NCBI GenBank assembly: GCA_027486675.1
Contig: JAIXOQ010000033.1
Span: forward strand, 1-64,000
DNA length: 64,000 nt
Source of the DNA: Pseudomonadota bacterium
GTDB lineage: Bacteria; Bdellovibrionota; UBA1018; CAIMNF01
Direction of reading: 5' to 3'
The notes below the pieces were generated by a model, which was not told the DNA's origin, searched no databases, and saw only the letters and a program-made list of their open reading frames with translations. Position numbers and translations under genes: made by a program. This document shows positions 9,578 to 19,350 of this stretch, piece after piece (position 1 is the first letter of the stretch; every line of letters starts with the position of its first letter).

Positions 9578-10090
9578 ATGAAACTTTTACTAGCAATCCT
9601 TACCATACTGCCATTTGGTGCTTTAGCATTTGCTGAAGACAAAAACCCGGCACGCATTGGGCCAAATACAACACTGACTTTTACACCATCACATTCGGCT
9701 TTAACCGAAGACTCCAAAGAGAAACTCAATGCGCTCATAAAAGATGCACGCGCACACGGGAGAATCAATGAGGTCCAAGTTGCGGTCTGGTCTGATAATC
9801 CAGCACCACGGAGGAATGAAAACCTTTCTCCTGCGGACAGGAAACTTGCGGAAGAACGCGGTGAAACAGTCGGAAAGTACTTAAAGAATCACTCCAAGGT
9901 CAGCATCAGCACTTACAACATGGCTGAACGTGCGAGCTGGTTGGCTAAGACTTTTGATACCGCAGACGCTGAGCTCAAGGCTGAAATCGGCACTGGGAAA
10001 GACGTTGCGATGTCAAAAGAGGAATTTCAAATCTTTAAAAACAACGGACAACCATCAAAAGCTGTCGTTCTTGTGATCATGAAACATTGA
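9578..10090 (+). CDS. hypothetical secreted protein
   Basis: 170 aa with signal peptide MKLLLAILTILPFGALAFA; no family recognised. Confidence 0.5.
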   Translation: MKLLLAILTILPFGALAFAEDKNPARIGPNTTLTFTPSHSALTEDSKEKLNALIKDARAHGRINEVQVAVWSDNPAPRRNENLSPADRKLAEERGETVGKYLKNHSKVSISTYNMAERASWLAKTFDTADAELKAEIGTGKDVAMSKEEFQIFKNNGQPSKAVVLVIMKH

Positions 10091-10097
10091 TCGCATC

Positions 10098-10146
10098 AAA
10101 ACCACACTCTGAGATCAAGATGATCTTAGAGTGTGGTTTTCCTTAA
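10098..10146 (+). terminator. rho-independent terminator (18-bp stem)
   Basis: aaaaccacactctgagatc...gatcttagagtgtggtttt followed by T-rich tail. Confidence 0.6.
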
Positions 10147-10157
10147 TCTGGAGCCTT

Positions 10158-10937
10158 ATGATCAGAAGTAAGAAACTCCTTACAACTTTAGTGCTATCGG
10201 TTTCACTGCTCCTTGGAGGGCTATTCCTATTTCAGGATCGCCTAAGGACAAAGAACCGTACTCATCCCAGGATGGGCCCCATCGTCGAGGCAGTGTATGG
10301 GCTAGGCACTGTTATTGCCCCGCAGACCTACCAGGTCAAGACAGCCGTAAATCAGAGCATCAAAGAAATCTTTGTCGAAGAGGGAGATGAGGTAAGAGCA
10401 CAAACTCCTTTGTTTCAGTTTGACGACTCTGGAATCACTCGGGCCCCATTTACCGGAACGATCACTTCAATTCCCCTCAAGAAGGGCGAACTCCTGTTCC
10501 CCTCTACTCCCGCAATCACACTCGTCAACCTAAGAGTCTTGTATCTTGAGGTCTCGCTCGAGCAACAAACGATTCTTCGGGTAAAAGCTGGGCAATCTGT
10601 CGCCATCAGCTTCGAAAGTCTTCGCGGGGAAAAAATTCGTGGAAAAGTGCAGTCCGTATTCCCCCGAGATTCACAGTTCATTGTACGAATTACTTTAGAT
10701 CAATTTCCTGAAGGCATCCTACCAGGAATGACTGCAGATACGGCAATTGAGATTGGTCGAAAAGACAGTGCGCTCAGCGTTCCCATCCGTAGCATTTCAG
10801 CTGGAAAAATCACTCTGATCAGAAATGGCAAAGAGACCAAGGAATCGGTCCAGATCGGTGTGGTCGATGGGAACTGGGCTGAGGTTCTATCCAATAACAT
10901 TCTTCCGTCAGACGAAATCATCGTGAGACTGGAATAA
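10158..10937 (+). CDS. efflux transporter periplasmic adaptor subunit (HlyD/MacA/DevB family)
   Basis: ATG at 10158 with GGAG RBS (ORF-track N-terminus lies inside the terminator); membrane anchor + biotinyl-lipoyl-like domain. Confidence 0.75.
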   Translation: MIRSKKLLTTLVLSVSLLLGGLFLFQDRLRTKNRTHPRMGPIVEAVYGLGTVIAPQTYQVKTAVNQSIKEIFVEEGDEVRAQTPLFQFDDSGITRAPFTGTITSIPLKKGELLFPSTPAITLVNLRVLYLEVSLEQQTILRVKAGQSVAISFESLRGEKIRGKVQSVFPRDSQFIVRITLDQFPEGILPGMTADTAIEIGRKDSALSVPIRSISAGKITLIRNGKETKESVQIGVVDGNWAEVLSNNILPSDEIIVRLE

Positions 10938-10938
10938 A

Positions 10939-12186
10939 ATGCTATTCCTAGCACTTCGCCACTTGCTAAGTCGGAAGCGGCAATCTCTACTCACACTAGT
11001 CGGGATCCTATTAGGCACCGCGGCATACATCGCGATCTCAGGAATGATGCTGGGATTCCAGACATTCATTATCGATCAACTCATCAATAACGATGCACAC
11101 GTCCGTATTTCTGCGCGCGAAGACGTGATTACGGAACACTCACTAGATGCAGATTTTTTTGGACAAGATGCATTGGTCCATTGGCTCACGCCGCCTGCAG
11201 GCAGGCGCGACAATGCATACATTCTCTATCCGCGCGCTTGGACAGATCGCATGGAATCCTCGCCTGAAGTATCTGCATACGCCGAGCAAATGATCGCACA
11301 AGCGATCGTATCGCGGGCAAAGGTATCGACAGCTGCGCGGGTGATCGGTGTGGATCCCACAAAACAGATCCAAGTGACCAACATCCAGAGTTACATGACG
11401 AAAGGCAGCTTTTTAGATATCGGCATGAGCGGAAATCGCATCCTGGTTGGTGACGGGTTGCTGAACAAACTTGGCGCAACCGTACCTGAAACTCTGATGC
11501 TCTCTGTAGGAAAGGGTGTTGCACAGTCTTTTAAAGTAGTCGGGAGCTTTCATCTTGGCGTCAAGAATGCTGATGACACACTGATCTATGGCGCACTCAC
11601 AGATATCCAGACGCTCAATGCAACCCCAAGCCGAGTTTCCGACATTGCAGTTCGACTCACCAACGTTGAGGATGCTGGCAGCCTTGCATCGTCCTGGAAT
11701 ATCTTAAGCCAAGAAAAGGTTCAAAGCTGGGACCAAGCCAATGAGGGCATCATGTCGGTGTTTACCACCCAAGACATCGTTCGCAACTCAATGACGATAT
11801 CGATTCTCATAGTCGCAGGATTTGGGATCTACAACATCCTCAGCATGGCAGTGAATCAGAAGAGACGCGAGATTGCGATCCTAAGGTCTATGGGCTATGA
11901 AGCCAAGGACATCGTCACCCTCTTTCTGGCTCAAGGCCTCCTCCTAGGTGCGGTTGGAGGTCTGGTGGGATGCCTCGTCGGCTACGGAGTCTGCGAAGTC
12001 ATGGCCCGCATTCCTGTAGCGAATCGCGGCATGGGCGGCAACCATATGACTATTGTATTTTTCCCCGGGATCTATGGTCGCGGATTCTTGTTGGCATTTC
12101 TCTCAGCTGGCTTTGCGTCATTTCTTCCTGCAAGGGCCGCTGGAAAACTAAGTCCTATAGAAGTCATTCGTGGAGAAAACTCGTAA
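10939..12186 (+). CDS. ABC transporter permease (FtsX/MacB/DevC family)
   Basis: 415 aa; N- and C-terminal TM segments with a large periplasmic domain. Confidence 0.8.
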   Translation: MLFLALRHLLSRKRQSLLTLVGILLGTAAYIAISGMMLGFQTFIIDQLINNDAHVRISAREDVITEHSLDADFFGQDALVHWLTPPAGRRDNAYILYPRAWTDRMESSPEVSAYAEQMIAQAIVSRAKVSTAARVIGVDPTKQIQVTNIQSYMTKGSFLDIGMSGNRILVGDGLLNKLGATVPETLMLSVGKGVAQSFKVVGSFHLGVKNADDTLIYGALTDIQTLNATPSRVSDIAVRLTNVEDAGSLASSWNILSQEKVQSWDQANEGIMSVFTTQDIVRNSMTISILIVAGFGIYNILSMAVNQKRREIAILRSMGYEAKDIVTLFLAQGLLLGAVGGLVGCLVGYGVCEVMARIPVANRGMGGNHMTIVFFPGIYGRGFLLAFLSAGFASFLPARAAGKLSPIEVIRGENS

Positions 12187-12189
12187 CCC

Positions 12190-12849
12190 ATGGGTATCGA
12201 ACTCAAAGACATTAAAAAGAGTTTTGGCACTCCTCCCACCCAAGTCATTCGCGGTATTTCACTCAATATTGAACTCGGTGAGTTCGTTTCTTTTGTAGGC
12301 CGATCCGGTTGCGGCAAAAGCACCTTGCTCTACATTATGAGTACGCTCGACGAACCCACTTCAGGTCAGGTAATGATCGATGGCAAGGAGGTCACAACTC
12401 TAGAACAGAGCGAACTTCATCTCTTTAGGAATCTGCAAATGGGTTTCGTGTTTCAGTTCCATCATCTTTTGCCCGAGCTTTCAGCAATCGAAAATATCCT
12501 CATGCCAGCGATGAAAGCCAAACGGAGTGGAGAGCGCCGCCCCTATGCGATCTCATTGATGGAGGAGTTTGGCTTAAAGGATAGGCTCGATCATCTCCCA
12601 AGCCAACTTTCAGGAGGAGAACAACAACGGGTGGCTATCGCGCGGGCTCTTGTGATGGAACCTAAGTACCTCTTTGCCGATGAACCCACTGGGAATCTTG
12701 ATTCGGCAAATGGTAACGGCGTCATGAGTCTTTTTAAGAGAGTAAACAAGGAAAGGCGTATGTCCGTGATCTTTGTAACGCATGACACGGAGTTCTCAAA
12801 AATGGCGACCCGACGCATCGAGATGTCGGATGGTCTGTTGGTCTCCTAG
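12190..12849 (+). CDS. ABC transporter ATP-binding protein (LolD/MacB/DevA-like)
   Basis: Walker A GRSGCGKST, signature LSGGEQQRVAIARAL, Walker B LFADEPTGNLD. Confidence 0.9.
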   Translation: MGIELKDIKKSFGTPPTQVIRGISLNIELGEFVSFVGRSGCGKSTLLYIMSTLDEPTSGQVMIDGKEVTTLEQSELHLFRNLQMGFVFQFHHLLPELSAIENILMPAMKAKRSGERRPYAISLMEEFGLKDRLDHLPSQLSGGEQQRVAIARALVMEPKYLFADEPTGNLDSANGNGVMSLFKRVNKERRMSVIFVTHDTEFSKMATRRIEMSDGLLVS

Positions 12850-13232
12850 TATTTCTTTGAGCGACCCACTGCAGAGGCAACCGCAAGCGCGAGTTGCTGC
12901 AGAGGAAATGGCTTCGCTAGAACTGCAGAGACTCCGAATCTCTGCGCCGTATCCGCTTCAGTCTTCATCGCGATTCCCGTCAGGAGAATCATCGGCAAAT
13001 TAGGAAACTCGGCTTTCAGCTGTGCGAGCAATAACAGCCCATTCATGAATGGCATATTAATGTCCGAAACTATAACCACGTAGTCTTGGAGCCGCAGTAG
13101 TGTCAAAGCGGTGAGTCCATTGTCGGCTGCATGAACCTCATAGCCTTCAAGCTCTAGGTGCGTCTTATAGATCATCCTGAGGTCTGCATCGTCATCCACC
13201 AAAAGCACCCTCAGGGACCCTTGAGGACTCAC
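12846..13232 (-). CDS. single-domain response regulator (CheY-like receiver)
   Basis: 128 aa; LLVDDDADLR...VSDINMP...ILLTG receiver motifs; no output domain. Confidence 0.85.
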   Translation of the reverse strand: MSPQGSLRVLLVDDDADLRMIYKTHLELEGYEVHAADNGLTALTLLRLQDYVVIVSDINMPFMNGLLLLAQLKAEFPNLPMILLTGIAMKTEADTAQRFGVSAVLAKPFPLQQLALAVASAVGRSKKY

Positions 13233-14104
13233 GTGTGGACCCCCACTATCCTCTTACGGATCGTTGCTACTTGGTGTTGCCAATAGCCATCACTCGGCCC
13301 AAACCACTTTGTAGAATCCTTAAGTGAACCCATTCGGTTTGTATGCACGGGTACAAACCCGATGGCCCGGCCGCTTTCAATCCATTGCACAACATTGGAT
13401 AAACTACTGCACTCAATGACCCGCTTGGGCTGGACCTTAAGCGACTTAAGATAAACATCGATTTCTGTGCGGAGCTTTGACGATAACTTGTTGCAGGCAA
13501 GAAACAGTCCGGATTTTTCTGAAAGAGCCAAGATCTGCTTGAAATCGGAGTTAACTCCTGTCCCCTCCAGTGTACCCTTCGGCGCAAGGACTCGAACCGC
13601 AAGATCTGCTGTGCGGCGAACCTCACAGAGACCATCACTCTCTTTGGAGCCAAATGAGCCGATGATCTCGTCAAGATGATCCTTGATAAAAGCTGCATAC
13701 AGATTCTCTGAAGAATCTTGGGTGAACTCTATCCGCCCTATGTGATCTTCGCCTAAACACTGATCTAAGAGTGATGGATCAAAAGAAAGTTGGTCATGCA
13801 AATCCTGACACACCCCAACTCTGAGAACACTCTTTCGATCATCCCGTCCTGCGAGCAACTCTTCGTGTAGTTCTTGATAGGCATCAAACATCCGGGTGGT
13901 AAATTTTAGAACCAGCTCCCCATGTTCTGTGCAAACGACCCTGCCTCGGAGTCTCCGAGTCAGAGGTAGTCCTACGGATTCCTCCAGTTGCTTAAGCTGG
14001 TTGGATAATGCTGGCGGAGTGATCCCAAGACGCTTTGCAGCTCTAGAAGTACTAAATTCCTGCGAAAAAACATGAAAATAATACAAGTGCTTAAGGTTGA
14101 GCAT
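13229..14104 (-). CDS. LysR family transcriptional regulator (paralog 1)
   Basis: HTH LNLKHLYYFHVFSQEFSTSRAAKRLGITPPALSNQLKQLE; start taken at MLNLKHL (the ORF opens at 14146). Confidence 0.75.
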   Translation of the reverse strand: MLNLKHLYYFHVFSQEFSTSRAAKRLGITPPALSNQLKQLEESVGLPLTRRLRGRVVCTEHGELVLKFTTRMFDAYQELHEELLAGRDDRKSVLRVGVCQDLHDQLSFDPSLLDQCLGEDHIGRIEFTQDSSENLYAAFIKDHLDEIIGSFGSKESDGLCEVRRTADLAVRVLAPKGTLEGTGVNSDFKQILALSEKSGLFLACNKLSSKLRTEIDVYLKSLKVQPKRVIECSSLSNVVQWIESGRAIGFVPVHTNRMGSLKDSTKWFGPSDGYWQHQVATIRKRIVGVHT

Positions 14105-14203
14105 AAAGGAACAACACTCGGTAGAAAGATTCCGTGAGTTGTTCAATCAGCATTGGGGAAAGTACTAACAATCCCTATTTCAAAGATTGAAATTGTACTT
14201 TCG

Positions 14204-15109
14204 TTATTTGAATTCAAAGTCCTTCTGAAACAGCACATCTAAGGACGGAACCACATTGAGTGGAAGCTTCATCTCATTGCGAACAAAGACCGAGATCTGA
14301 TGACTCCAAAACCCTTCCGTCGGACCGAAAGAACTGAGAGCTTTTGCCGACCTAAAGTCAAGAAGGCAAGGGGTCGGAACGAAGCCAATTGCCGCACCCC
14401 GTTCAATGAGTTGGACAATTGCGCCGGATGAATTGCATACGATCGTTCTCTCAAACTTAATATTTGTCTTTAAAAAGTACGCCTCCGACTCTTGCCTGAG
14501 TACGGACGGCTCCATAGGAAAAATCAAAGCGATCCCTCTTTGTCTTGCGACTTCAAATGGATCTTCCTTCGTATCAAAAAACTCTGGGGCAAAGAGTCGG
14601 ACCGGAAACTCTAAGGTCTGAAACAGGCGGATGTGTTTGCCTATTTCTAGATCCTGGAATGACCCAAAAATAATATCAAACTCCCCATCCTCAAACTGAG
14701 TTTTTAGATGATTGGAAGACCCAAATGTGACGACCGTCGTCTTGGAAAAAGATGAGGTCATACTCTCTAGTAAAAAAAGGAGATCAAAAGAAAAGCGAGC
14801 TCCGAGGTCTCTGCAAACCCCGACTCGAATAGTGGTCGATTCAGCGGCGCTTCTTACAGTGAGTTTGGAATGCAGCTCCTCATAGAGGCTAAACATCCGA
14901 TTCACGTAATTTAAGACCATATCCCCGCACTCGGTCATGGTGACTTGACCCTCCACACGACGGGTCAACCGAACCCCTAGGACCGATTCTAGATGTTTCA
15001 GCTGATTTGAAAGTGCTGGAGCTGTAATCCCAAGTCGCCTTGCCGCCCGGCTTGTGCTGCGTTCCTGCGAGAAGACATAGAAATAATAGAGATGCTTAAG
15101 ATTGAGCAC
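14204..15109 (-). CDS. LysR family transcriptional regulator (paralog 2)
   Basis: Near-identical HTH LNLKHLYYFYVFSQERSTSRAARRLGITAPALSNQLKHLE; probable GTG start after AAGGAG (the longest ORF reaches ATG at 15214). Confidence 0.65.
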   Translation of the reverse strand: MLNLKHLYYFYVFSQERSTSRAARRLGITAPALSNQLKHLESVLGVRLTRRVEGQVTMTECGDMVLNYVNRMFSLYEELHSKLTVRSAAESTTIRVGVCRDLGARFSFDLLFLLESMTSSFSKTTVVTFGSSNHLKTQFEDGEFDIIFGSFQDLEIGKHIRLFQTLEFPVRLFAPEFFDTKEDPFEVARQRGIALIFPMEPSVLRQESEAYFLKTNIKFERTIVCNSSGAIVQLIERGAAIGFVPTPCLLDFRSAKALSSFGPTEGFWSHQISVFVRNEMKLPLNVVPSLDVLFQKDFEFK

Positions 15110-15320
15110 AGCTCCTTTGGATGCAAGTTTGGCCCCATGCCCAGGGAAGCGGTTGACTGAGCTTGGAATCGAATGGGAGGCAGTTGCGTCCTTGCACAGG
15201 TCAGAATGCCCCACACTGACGCCTAGGCTGAAGCAGGGGCGTACGTTGATGCCTCCGAGAGCTTGGCCTAGGCCTTGCTTGATAAAGAAACGTAACCGAA
15301 AACCAAGGAGAAACAGAAAA

Positions 15321-15680
15321 ATGAATCACAATACAACTCAGAATCCGGCTCAAGGAAATTGGAAAGACATTAAGGGTAAAATCAAATCAAAGTTCGGTAA
15401 ATTCACCGACGATGAACTTGAAAGCTTTAACGGGAAGCTTGATCAAATTGCAAGCAAGATCCAAAAGACTTATGGCTACAGCCAGGAACGCGCTGAGAAA
15501 GAGTACGCAGATCTTAAGGCAACATTCGGTTCTTCAGAGCGCGACTCGGAAGAAAAACTGAATAGAAAAGACGACGTGGGCTCCATGCGTAAAGACTCTG
15601 CATCCACGAATGTTCGCCCCCTTGAAAATGGAAAAGATTCTGCTGCTCATACAGCAAAAGTGAAACCATCCGTTAACTAG
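15321..15680 (+). CDS. CsbD family stress protein (paralog 2, with C-terminal extension)
   Basis: AAGGAG RBS; GNWKDIKGKIKSKFGKFTDDELESFNGKLDQIASKIQKTYGY. Confidence 0.8.
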   Translation: MNHNTTQNPAQGNWKDIKGKIKSKFGKFTDDELESFNGKLDQIASKIQKTYGYSQERAEKEYADLKATFGSSERDSEEKLNRKDDVGSMRKDSASTNVRPLENGKDSAAHTAKVKPSVN

Positions 15681-15796
15681 TTTGATGCTGGATTGACTCA
15701 ATCATAACAACGGCGCTCATGCTTCCGCTCCTGAACTCAAAGAGCTGGATCGAAGGCATGAGCGCCACTTTTAACCAAAACAGGAGATTTTTACGT

Positions 15797-17158
15797 ATGA
15801 ATTTCAGTATTCCTCAATCACTTAAAGTAGGGGCACTTGCGGCAACCTACTTCCTGCTCGTTTCTTGCAGCCATTCACCCGCAATCCAAGAGTTTCCCGA
15901 TACAGCCGACGCTTCTGCGGAAGTTGTTCGCCTTGAAAATGATATTGCGCGTGACTTAGGCAACCAGGTCGATGTTTTAGCCCCGGATAGCTTTAAGGAC
16001 GCCTCCAGCGCCCTTTCCGCCGCCCGCAAATCTTTGGATCAGCAGAATGCTCCAAAAGAAACTCTGCATTACGTTGCGGTCAGTCGAGCCTACCTCGCCC
16101 GCGCCAACGCTTATGCCGGTGTAGCACGTACCAATTTAGAGGACGTAACACTCGCTCGTCGTGACGCAATTGCATCAGGCGCACCCGCACTGTTCCCAAA
16201 TGATTTTTCAAAAGCAGATCGCACTCTCGTGAGGGCAACTGCGGACTTGGAGGAAAACGATACCTCGAATGCAATCGAGCATCGATCGGAGCTCCAGGCT
16301 TCCTATATGGACCTTGAACTGCGGGGGATTAAAGAGAATTCGCTCTCGAGTTCACGATTGACGGTCAATGACGCAATTGCAGAAGGTGCCAAGGAATTTG
16401 CGCCTAGAAGTCTTGCGATCGCTCAAAAGAGCCTACTGGACACGGAAGCATTCATCACAGCAAATAGGCACGCCAAGGGGATCATCGCGACTCGAAGCGA
16501 GGAAACGCGTCTTCTGGCTGAACATCTACTCAAGATCACAAGGGACTCCCGATCAGGGAAAAAAGTCTCATCTGAAGACACAGCTCTAAGAATCGAGCGG
16601 GAGGAAAACAAAGTAGAAGCCGGCGCAGTAGCGCTCAGCGCAAATCGGGAGCAACTCGTTGACGAACAACAAAGCAACAGGTCCCTCACTAGGAAGAACC
16701 GCAACCTACAACAAAGCGAGGCATTCAACCGAAGCTTTGAGAATGCACGGTCTGAGTTCAATCAGGGTGAAGCAGAAGTCTATAAGCAAGGAAACTCCCT
16801 TGTGATCCGACTTCGTGGACTAGAGTTTCCTACAGGACAAGCTGTTCTGGCTGGATCTAATTTTCCACTCCTCGCCAAGGTTCAAAAGGTGATCAAAGAC
16901 TTTGGTGACAGCAGTATCGTCATTGAAGGACACACAGACTCTTTGGGTGGGAAGGGTCTCAATGAAAAGCTATCCAATGACCGAGCACGGGCTGTGAAGG
17001 ACTATTTGGTTGCAAACCAAGGGCCACAGTCCTTGAACATAAGCTCTATTGGGTATGATTATCAAAAACCCTTAGGCACCAATAAAACTGCTGAGGGACG
17101 GGCCCAAAACAGACGGGTTGACGTCATTATTGAGGCAAAGGAACCGGGAAGATCTTAA
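15797..17158 (+). CDS. OmpA family lipoprotein with DUF4398-like N-terminal coiled-coil region
   Basis: Lipobox LLVSCS; C-terminal OmpA motif GHTDSLGG...NDRARAV...NRRVDV. Confidence 0.8.
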   Translation: MNFSIPQSLKVGALAATYFLLVSCSHSPAIQEFPDTADASAEVVRLENDIARDLGNQVDVLAPDSFKDASSALSAARKSLDQQNAPKETLHYVAVSRAYLARANAYAGVARTNLEDVTLARRDAIASGAPALFPNDFSKADRTLVRATADLEENDTSNAIEHRSELQASYMDLELRGIKENSLSSSRLTVNDAIAEGAKEFAPRSLAIAQKSLLDTEAFITANRHAKGIIATRSEETRLLAEHLLKITRDSRSGKKVSSEDTALRIEREENKVEAGAVALSANREQLVDEQQSNRSLTRKNRNLQQSEAFNRSFENARSEFNQGEAEVYKQGNSLVIRLRGLEFPTGQAVLAGSNFPLLAKVQKVIKDFGDSSIVIEGHTDSLGGKGLNEKLSNDRARAVKDYLVANQGPQSLNISSIGYDYQKPLGTNKTAEGRAQNRRVDVIIEAKEPGRS

Positions 17159-17189
17159 TTCTTTAGAAGCCATAGATCATTAAGACGAA

Positions 17190-17230
17190 GATGGAGTGCC
17201 CAGAAATTGTTGGCACTCCATCTTTTTTTA
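17190..17230 (+). terminator. rho-independent terminator between convergent genes
   Basis: gatggagtgcc...ggcactccatc + TTTTTTT. Confidence 0.7.
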
Positions 17231-18364
17231 TACTTTTGCTTCTGTCTCTTCGAGCACTTCATCCTCGAGCGTGGGCTCAACCAATCCGTACACGATTTCT
17301 TTGCGATAAAGGGTCTTGCGATTGATCCCGAGTATCTTTGAAGCGCGGTCCTTCTGTCCGCGCGTGTGGGCAAGAACATACTGGATGTAGCACTTTTCAA
17401 TTTCCTCTAAAGTGAGAAGCTTCGCAAATACCCCAACAGTCGCTTTCTGATTCTCAATGATTTGCGCATCCAGAATCTCGCTCTCCCCAATCACGTCATG
17501 ATCTGAAAGAGCAACGGCCCGCTCAATGCTGTTCTCCAGTTCACGAACATTTCCCGGCCACGAGTGCTCGAGTAAACGAGTCAGCGCAGCCTCTGAAAGT
17601 TTCTTTTCTTGTCCTGTTTCTTTGCAGTACTTCTGCAGAAAATGCTGAGCAAGAAGTGGGATGTCCTCTTTACGCTCCGATAATTTTGGAAGCTGTATGG
17701 GCACGACCGCAAGGCGATAGTACAAGTCTTGCCTGAACTGATCCGCCTGAACCAGCTGAGCTAGATCCTTGTGGGTTGCAGAAATAATCCTAACGTCGAT
17801 CGGCTTCGCACGATTCTCTCCGACAGGAGTAATTTCACGTTCCTGCAGCACGCGCAGGAGTTTGGCCTGAAGCTCAAATGGCATGTCTCCGATTTCATCT
17901 AAGAATATCGTGCCTCCATTGGCTTCCTCAAAAAGACCTTTGCGAGACTCACTCGCCCCGGTGAATGCTCCACGCTTATGCCCAAATAATTCGGACTCAA
18001 GAAGGGATGCCGGGATGGCTGAACAATTGATTGCGACAAATCTCTTGTCGTGCCGGTCGCTCTTTTCGTGGATTGCCACTGCGACCATTTCTTTGCCGGT
18101 TCCACTTTCCCCCATCAGTAGGACGTTGCAACTGGATCTCGCCATCTTTTCGATGAGGTCAAAGACCTCACGAATTCGTGCGCTTCGGCCAGACATTTTC
18201 CCCATCGAGCGGATATCGTCTAACTGGCTCTCGAGCGTCTTATGCCTCTCTAAAAAGGGGCGCAATGGGACGAGTGCCTGCGGAACAAGAGTCGTCTTAG
18301 CAAAGCCCGACACTGGGTACTTCTGATTCTTAGGTGTCTCTAAAACACGGGTTTGCGAATTCAT
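17228..18364 (-). CDS. sigma-54-dependent transcriptional activator (AAA+ core + Fis-type HTH, no receiver domain)
   Basis: GESGTGKE Walker A, GAFTGA motif, C-terminal HTH. Confidence 0.9.
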   Translation of the reverse strand: MNSQTRVLETPKNQKYPVSGFAKTTLVPQALVPLRPFLERHKTLESQLDDIRSMGKMSGRSARIREVFDLIEKMARSSCNVLLMGESGTGKEMVAVAIHEKSDRHDKRFVAINCSAIPASLLESELFGHKRGAFTGASESRKGLFEEANGGTIFLDEIGDMPFELQAKLLRVLQEREITPVGENRAKPIDVRIISATHKDLAQLVQADQFRQDLYYRLAVVPIQLPKLSERKEDIPLLAQHFLQKYCKETGQEKKLSEAALTRLLEHSWPGNVRELENSIERAVALSDHDVIGESEILDAQIIENQKATVGVFAKLLTLEEIEKCYIQYVLAHTRGQKDRASKILGINRKTLYRKEIVYGLVEPTLEDEVLEETEAKV

Positions 18365-18603
18365 AGATTGCTGCCTCCCTAACGATGAAGATCAGTGAAG
18401 ATTCCCTGACCATTCAAAAATTGAACTAATACCCGATACCAACGCTCTGCTTATAACTGCTCCGTGTCATCTTAAGTTTTCTTATTCCACTCCATAGGGC
18501 AAAAGCGCGCCTTGGCACCACTTCTTTGATTGTTTTTCTCGCTCCTGCGAAGTTTAAAGAACCCTACAAAATTGGGCGGCCTTTCTGTATATTGAGCAAC
18601 GCA

Positions 18604-19335
18604 ATGCAACCGACCCAAGCCTTTGATAACTCCACGCTCGTGAGCAACCCAAGCTCGGAGTTTGCCGAAAGCGGCCGACTGCTGACGAAAGAAAATTGGG
18701 TGAACGAAGGACTTCTGCAAAGCCTGCAAAGTGAACTGGAACAGTGCGAACATTTAGCGCACCGAAACTATGTTCCGGGCTTTAAGAAAGGTGCTGCTAT
18801 TTCCTGGTTCGACATCCAAAGAAATGCGCCGACCACGGCGGCACTCTACAAGAGTAAAGAACTGCTCGAGTGGGTTTCTTCTTTAGTCGGAGAGGATGTT
18901 CAACTTTGCCCATTAGACGACCCTCACGCATGCGCATTTTACATTTACTCGGAACCCGGGGATCACATTGGCTTCCACTACGATACCTCTCATTATCGAG
19001 GCAAACGTTTTACGCTTCTTCTTGGGATAGAAGACGAATCGAGCTGCATCTTAAAGTGCGAACTGAACCGTAAATACCCAAATGGGAAACCCCTCGAGAG
19101 ACGGGACGTGAAGATCAAACCCGGAATGGCAGTTCTGTTTGATGGCGACGTGATCTACCACGCAGTCACACCCTTGGGTGAAAACGAGAGACGCGTTATT
19201 CTCACTCTTGAGTTCATAACCGACTCAAGAATGTCGGGTTTCGGAAGATTCATAACAAAGATCAAAGACGGCGTAGGATACTTTGGACTCCGATCCGTGT
19301 TTAGCGCCAACAGAACGCCAAGAACACATCATTAG
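18604..19335 (+). CDS. 2OG-Fe(II) oxygenase-like protein (HxD...H triad)
   Basis: HYD...IYHAVTP facial-triad-like motifs; ATG at 18604 preferred over the TTG at 18526. Confidence 0.45.
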   Translation: MQPTQAFDNSTLVSNPSSEFAESGRLLTKENWVNEGLLQSLQSELEQCEHLAHRNYVPGFKKGAAISWFDIQRNAPTTAALYKSKELLEWVSSLVGEDVQLCPLDDPHACAFYIYSEPGDHIGFHYDTSHYRGKRFTLLLGIEDESSCILKCELNRKYPNGKPLERRDVKIKPGMAVLFDGDVIYHAVTPLGENERRVILTLEFITDSRMSGFGRFITKIKDGVGYFGLRSVFSANRTPRTHH

Positions 19336-19350
19336 CGTGGCTCGAAACAA

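Noticed and set aside
18505-18525. TGGCAC element as a sigma-54 -24 box upstream of the oxygenase-like gene
   Set aside because: The spacing is off: the -12 position reads TTTGA with no GC dinucleotide at the required distance, so it is not a convincing sigma-54 promoter.
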